Source: Octopus vulgaris (lineage: Eukaryota). Taken from it: a stretch of 64,000 bases of DNA. Positions within the stretch are counted from its first letter, which is position 1; the number at the start of each line of letters is the position of its first letter. Below, piece after piece: positions 58,763 to 64,000 of this stretch. The stretch is from the NCBI GenBank assembly GCA_951406725.2, contig OX597817.1, forward strand, positions 96,286,001 to 96,350,000. The letters are read 5' to 3'. The notes under the pieces were generated by a model, which was not told where the DNA came from, ran no database searches, and saw nothing but the letters and a program-made list of their open reading frames with translations. The translations under genes were made by a program, and so were the position numbers.

Positions 58763-59617
58763 TCTTATTATTCATGTTTCTTTCTATTTATATAACTACT
58801 GAAAAACATAAGAGAACTTCCACCTTAAGAATTTTTGTCAATCAGCTATATCATTGGTTTTACTATAGTTGTCACTATGTCCCTGGCATTGTGCATGTCT
58901 CTGGCACCCCACCCCCTCACACACTTCACATCAACTTTGCTGCCACCTATTACCTCTCTGACTCACACCTTCCCCCATCTTTCCTTCCAACTGACATTCA
59001 GGATTAACTATGCCTCCATCTGTTTTCACCACTCACTGCATTTCCCTCTAGCCCATTGCTGCCCATCTGCCATTCACTTCTCATACTACTATGAATTTAC
59101 TTGTCGTTACCACTTCTCTTATATTCATCTTTCTATAACTTGAGGTTACACCCTGAGACATCATCACCATCCTCTTTCTTTTCCAACTGAGATAACTGTG
59201 TATCTTCCCTACAGCAAGACATCTGTCCCTATCCCTCTATCATACATAACAGCTTTGCATTTTCATTTGTTATGTTAACAGCATTAAGTGTTAAGAACTT
59301 CTGGACACCAAAGAAATTCCAAGCTGCAATGATTTTTAATAAAGAAATTCAAACTGGGCAAGGAAGTCATTCAAATTTGTGCTGAAGATGTTTTGTAAAA
59401 ATAAAATTCTTTAAATGTTACTTATGCTCTCATATTGTTATCCTGAAGATAACTCTAATAAAACTCATCAGTACGAAGTTTGAGTGCAATGTCCTTACAA
59501 ACTGGATCAAAGAACAGTTGCACTTCATTGGAGAAAGAGCATAACTTCAGAAATCATAGGTTTTACATGACATTTAATGAGTGAATGTTTGTGTGGAGGA
59601 AGATCATAACAAGACAT

Positions 59618-60200
59618 AACAATCAGGTTGCACACGAGGGAGTCATACCCAATGACTGGTAAGGCAGCTGCAGGAGAAATACATAGCCAATGGTAAACCT
59701 TTGTAGTTGGCTTTTGTTGATTTGCAGAAAGCCTTTGACAGGGTCCACCGATCCCTTATCTGGTGGTCAATATGGAAACTAGGGATAGACGAGTGGTTGG
59801 TGAGAGTAGTACAAGCCAGTAAGGTGAGAGTTGGTAACAAGTACAATGAAGGTTTCAAGGTACAAGTAAGGGTTCACTAAAGATCAGTGCTCAGCCCCCT
59901 CTTGTTCATCATAGTCCTCCAGGCAATAACAGAAAAATATAAGACAGGCTGTCTCTGGGAGTTCCTCGATGCTGATGACCTTGTTCTTATAGCTGAATCA
60001 CAACCAGAACTAGATAAGAAATTTCAGGTATGGAAGCAAGGTCTAGAATCGAAAAGCCTTAGAGTTAACCTAGCAAAAACCAAAGTCTTAGTAATTAGGA
60101 AGGCAGTCAAATCACAAATCCCTTTAAGTAGATGGCCCTGCTTGATCTGTAGAAAAAGCGTAGGTAGAAACATTGGTAGAAACTCCATAAGATGTACAAG
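59618..60200 (+). mobile_element. Internally deleted RTE RT fragment
   Basis: NQVAHEGVIPNDW fused to VRQLQEKY; DADDLVL; start of the PHD finger. Confidence 0.85.
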
Positions 60201-60202
60201 TT

Positions 60203-60732
60203 AATAGTATATTAAAGTTAATTTTCTTCCTTATTCTTACAGCTAAAATACATTTGTAATTTTAATTTTAATAGCTTAAATAAATATTTCTATCTATTTC
60301 TTCTATAAATTCTATTTACGCCATATTTTCACGCGATATATTTCTTATAAACGCTAAGTTCAACGTTTTATGTTTAAATTGGTAGTTAACAAAAATCCTT
60401 CGACAAGGTAAGTTTATATTTTTATTTGATAATTAGTATAAATTAAGATAAGTACATTTATTCTATTATTATTTTTTATTTTTTATCTTAGACCTGATGA
60501 GAGTCACTATATTTTTAAATAGAATTAATTTTAGTTCGATTTAATTTTGAATCGAATTGATTTTATTATTATCTATTTAAAAATATAGCCATGAAATGTG
60601 CCTAGTCTTTTTACTACTGTTACTATTTATTGTACTTTATTGATTTAAATAAGGTTGTTTTATAGTACATGTTTTCTATATGGTGTGAATAACATCTTTC
60701 TTTATTGAATTGTTTAATAGTGGTTTTTCTCT

Positions 60733-60735
<3 letters not shown>
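60203..60735 (+). mobile_element. Probable Penelope-like LTR ending in (TA)n
   Basis: AT-rich block containing a hammerhead motif and abutting a microsatellite. Confidence 0.5.
60490..60608 (+). ncRNA. Decayed type I hammerhead ribozyme with a long stem II
   Basis: AGAC-CUGAUGA-[ctatatttttaaataga...tctatttaaaaatatag]-GAAA-UGUGCC-UA-GUCU. Confidence 0.55.
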
Positions 60736-60776
<41 letters not shown>

Positions 60777-61224
60777 ATCACTGTCTCTTTCATTACATCC
60801 TCCTATTATTGCTTCTTTTCATTATTCCTTCAAGCATTGTCACTCCTATTTTACCATTTTCTTCTATACTGTCACTCAAATCACAATATTTCTTCTTCAT
60901 ACTCGCACTTCTTTTTCTTTCTCATCCAAGTTAATCTTCTGTAATCACTCTCTCTCTCTCTCTTCTAACAACTTTATTGGTCACATAACTCTGAACAGAG
61001 GAGCATGTCATTCTGCAGGGTAGAAGGCTACTTCATTAATGCTGGTGCCACAATAAAAGATACACAAAACATTCCAATATAGCTGTTGAATGAAAGGAGA
61101 CAACATAGGAATGATAAAACTCTTTGTCTAGTCTTGTGAAGGACATGACAACCTCTGTAATGCCAATGCTACAACATAATGCATTCAGTATACTCTCTAA
61201 AATGATTGCTGTTAGGAAGCTAGG

Positions 61225-61350
61225 TTAGTGAGCGTCTGGGAGAAGATTAGCCTACGGGAGGGTCTTGACTTCGCATATTAGATGCAGGGCAATTTTTTGA
61301 GCCAAATTTTTTGGAAAAAAGTGCGTCCTATATGCCGTCAAATGCGGTAT
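61225..61350. mobile_element. pogo/Tigger-like DNA transposon end
   Basis: gtgcgtcctatatgccgtcaaatgcggta resembles TACCGTA-type TIRs. Confidence 0.4.
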
Positions 61351-61549
61351 ATAATTTAAGGTAAAAATAAACTATTTTTAGATTTTATAAAATCATTTTA
61401 TCCTAAAAGTTACATTTACGTAATCAACTCTGTGTTATAATTACATATAGTACAGTACAAACATTGTTAGAAATACATTATTAAAAATAATAAATATCAC
61501 CAACAGAAGCAGAAATAATTATATCATAAACAATTGCAAAAAAGATTTA

Positions 61550-61684
<135 letters not shown>

Positions 61685-61885
61685 TTATATTTTGTCATTC
61701 TTTGTAACAATGCATGATAATTACTTAATACTCTTCTAATATAATGCCTAATTTCAGCTATTATTTTAACACATTCAGTCCTATTTATAGTTATAAATTA
61801 TGGTTACAATTTTTTTTTAAATAGTCATAATTTTTAAATGATATCAACTCCCATTAATACATCACTTAAATTTAATAAATAAATA

Positions 61886-62301
61886 CGTAGCAGCACAAGC
61901 GGTCAGTGCCATATTGGAGATCTCATGGCAGCCATTGCCATCTCTGAGACTGGAGCAAGACCTCACCGGCATCCATTTGCCATGCACAAGATCACAATGA
62001 GGCTCACATTGGCAAACTGGATATAAAGGGCCCAACAAAAACAGATTCATTCTCTTTTCACCACAAGCGCTTGCTGAACACACTTCACTGGCTGGGTCTC
62101 CAAGCCAGTCCTTTCTGCATGTTGTATCTCTAGAGGCAATGGGCCCACGTTAACGGAGATACAACAAAATGCACACAGCCTAAGATGGTATGCTGAGAGC
62201 AACACACTTCACATATTCTGTGAAAAATGTAAATAAACCGATTGTGAATTGCATTTGTACTTTTTTCCTCAGCTGCTGGAGCCTGAACTACACGAAGAAC
62301 A
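61886..62301 (+). mobile_element. Possible solo LTR
   Basis: GC-richer island with TATAAA, AATAAA and ends (c)GTAG...ACA; no clear TSD. Confidence 0.3.
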
Positions 62302-62544
62302 ATATTTAATGGGAGAAGTCAATATTCACCCAATATCATAAACCTTGCCTCCCATTATAGATACTTATTTATATGTTTACATGAAAAACTTATTCATTTC
62401 CCAAATTAATAAGGTTTCCTTTTCTTTTCATTATTTTATAATTTTCTTCTAAGCATCTGCAGAATTTATTATTAATTTTGTAACTAGATGCATGTGCAAA
62501 AAATTTTCCATTTAGTTAACTTTATTCCTTTTCAATTTTTTTAT

Positions 62545-64000
62545 TTTTTTATTTTATCTAGTTTCAGCTCATGAGCTGTGGCCATGCTGGGGTACCGCCA
62601 TTTGGTGTTGTTACATGATTTTACTTCACGAATGCTTTTTAGCAATTGCCATTTGGTGCATGAGAGAGTTCGATGCAGCTACCCTCATCTGCACCTCCTG
62701 CCATGAAGTTGGTTCATCTGGGACACCTGACAGGAAGAGATCCAGTTTCATTTTAAAGACATCGGCATTCACCCCATGCAAGTCTCTCAGGTTCTTCGGG
62801 AGGATATTGAAGAGCTGTGGGCCTCTGAAGCCCAGGCTATCACAGTATCTTGTCCTACATCTTGATGGCAAATTTGGAGTCCTCGGCACTATGCAGTGGC
62901 GCCCAGTTCTAGCATTTGTGTAACTCTCGATGCCAAAGTTTAGGACAAGTCCTTCTAGGATCTTCCAGATGTATATTATGGCATATCTTTCTCGCCTACG
63001 CTCCAGGGAATAGAGTCTTAATCTCTTGAGTCTTTCCCAGTAGCTTATATGCTGCACAGAGGCTATCTTCTTCATGTAGCTTCGTTGGATCGCCTCAAGT
63101 TCTGTGATTAACTTGACACTGGATGGTGACCATAGCTGAGAGCAATAGTCAAAGTGGCTTAGGACAAGTGTCCTCCAGAGGACCATCATGGTTTCCTGGT
63201 CTCTTGTTCTAAAGGTTCTAAGAATCCATCCGGTCAGCCGCCTACATTTCATTGCCAATTTAGCAACATGCACATGAAAGGTTGCATCATCACTCATGTA
63301 AATACCCAGGTCAAGTACTAATTGTGCCTCTGGGATTGCAATCCCTCCAGGTCCAGTGTATTTATTGGGTATTGCATTTAGTTTTGCATGCTGATAGCAT
63401 AAAGCTTGAAACTTTTCAGCATTGAACTGCATGAAATTCTTTTCAGCCCACTTGGATATTTTGTCCAGCTCACATTGCAGGTGCTTAGTGTCTTCAGGGT
63501 TCTGTATTGCCTGTGAAACTTTTGTATCATCTGCATAACTTGTGATTGTGGCTCTCGGCGTGGCTGAGGGCATGTCTGAGAGGGCCATTATGAACAGTAG
63601 TGGTCCCAAAACAGTGCCTTGTGGAACACCGCTCACTATTTGCGTGTTAATAGAAGTGGCCCCATTGGCTACTACCACCTGGCTTCTATCCTTCAGAAAG
63701 TCATCAAGCCATTCTCCCAATTTTCCAACTATGCCAAGATCACGCAGTTTGTGACATATCATTCCATGATCGACTTTATCAAAGGCCTTTGCAAAGTCGA
63801 GATATATGACTTCCACATTTGAGTGGTTGAGCAGTCATTTCAGCACCCAGTCATAGTGTTGTAGAAGCTGAGTTAGGCAGCTTCTTCCTGGTCGGAAACC
63901 ATGTTGGGTGTCAGGCAGCAAGTCATTTTCTTCAAGGAAGGTGATTAGTTTCCTTCCGACTATTCGTTCCATGACCTTGCTGATGTGTGAGGTGAGAGAG
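62545..64000 (-). mobile_element. CR1-clade LINE (same subfamily as 16816-19331), continues beyond the window
   Basis: 396-aa RT ORF 62626-63816; same 3' stem ggtaccccagcatggccacagctcatgagctgaaactag. Confidence 0.92.

Noticed and set aside
59435-59490. Hammerhead suggested by CTGAAGA (+) and CTGATGA (-)
   Set aside because: No correctly placed GAAA with closing stems I and III on either strand

Overview
AT-rich, microsatellite- and transposon-dense animal DNA. The SINE, RTE and CR1 repertoire suggests a cephalopod (Octopus-like) genome; this is inferred, not shown. The only host gene is the 3' part of RNF113A (Cwc24 spliceosomal CCCH+RING protein) on the minus strand. Five short GT-AG exons (61555-61661, 52105-52194, 47737-47824, 39871-39977, 10948-11030) splice in frame, none appears in the ORF track, and the last intron is about 28.8 kb. 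The rest is nested repeats: RTE, CR1-clade and R4/Dong LINEs, three tRNA-derived SINE families, several mariners, a maT element, a piggyBac MITE, a Helitron, a Helentron-type element, a decayed Gypsy element, Penelope-like LTR pieces and multi-kb (TA)n arrays. Most notable: (i) a tandem pair of 1779-bp elements that encode only a Tx1-type ORF1 protein, share their 3' tail with a SINE family and sit inside a Helitron; (ii) a palindrome made of two back-to-back minimal hammerhead ribozymes inside a (TA)n array; (iii) a PHD finger inserted in the RT of a near-intact RTE LINE. All calls come from reading the sequence by eye; no searches were run.
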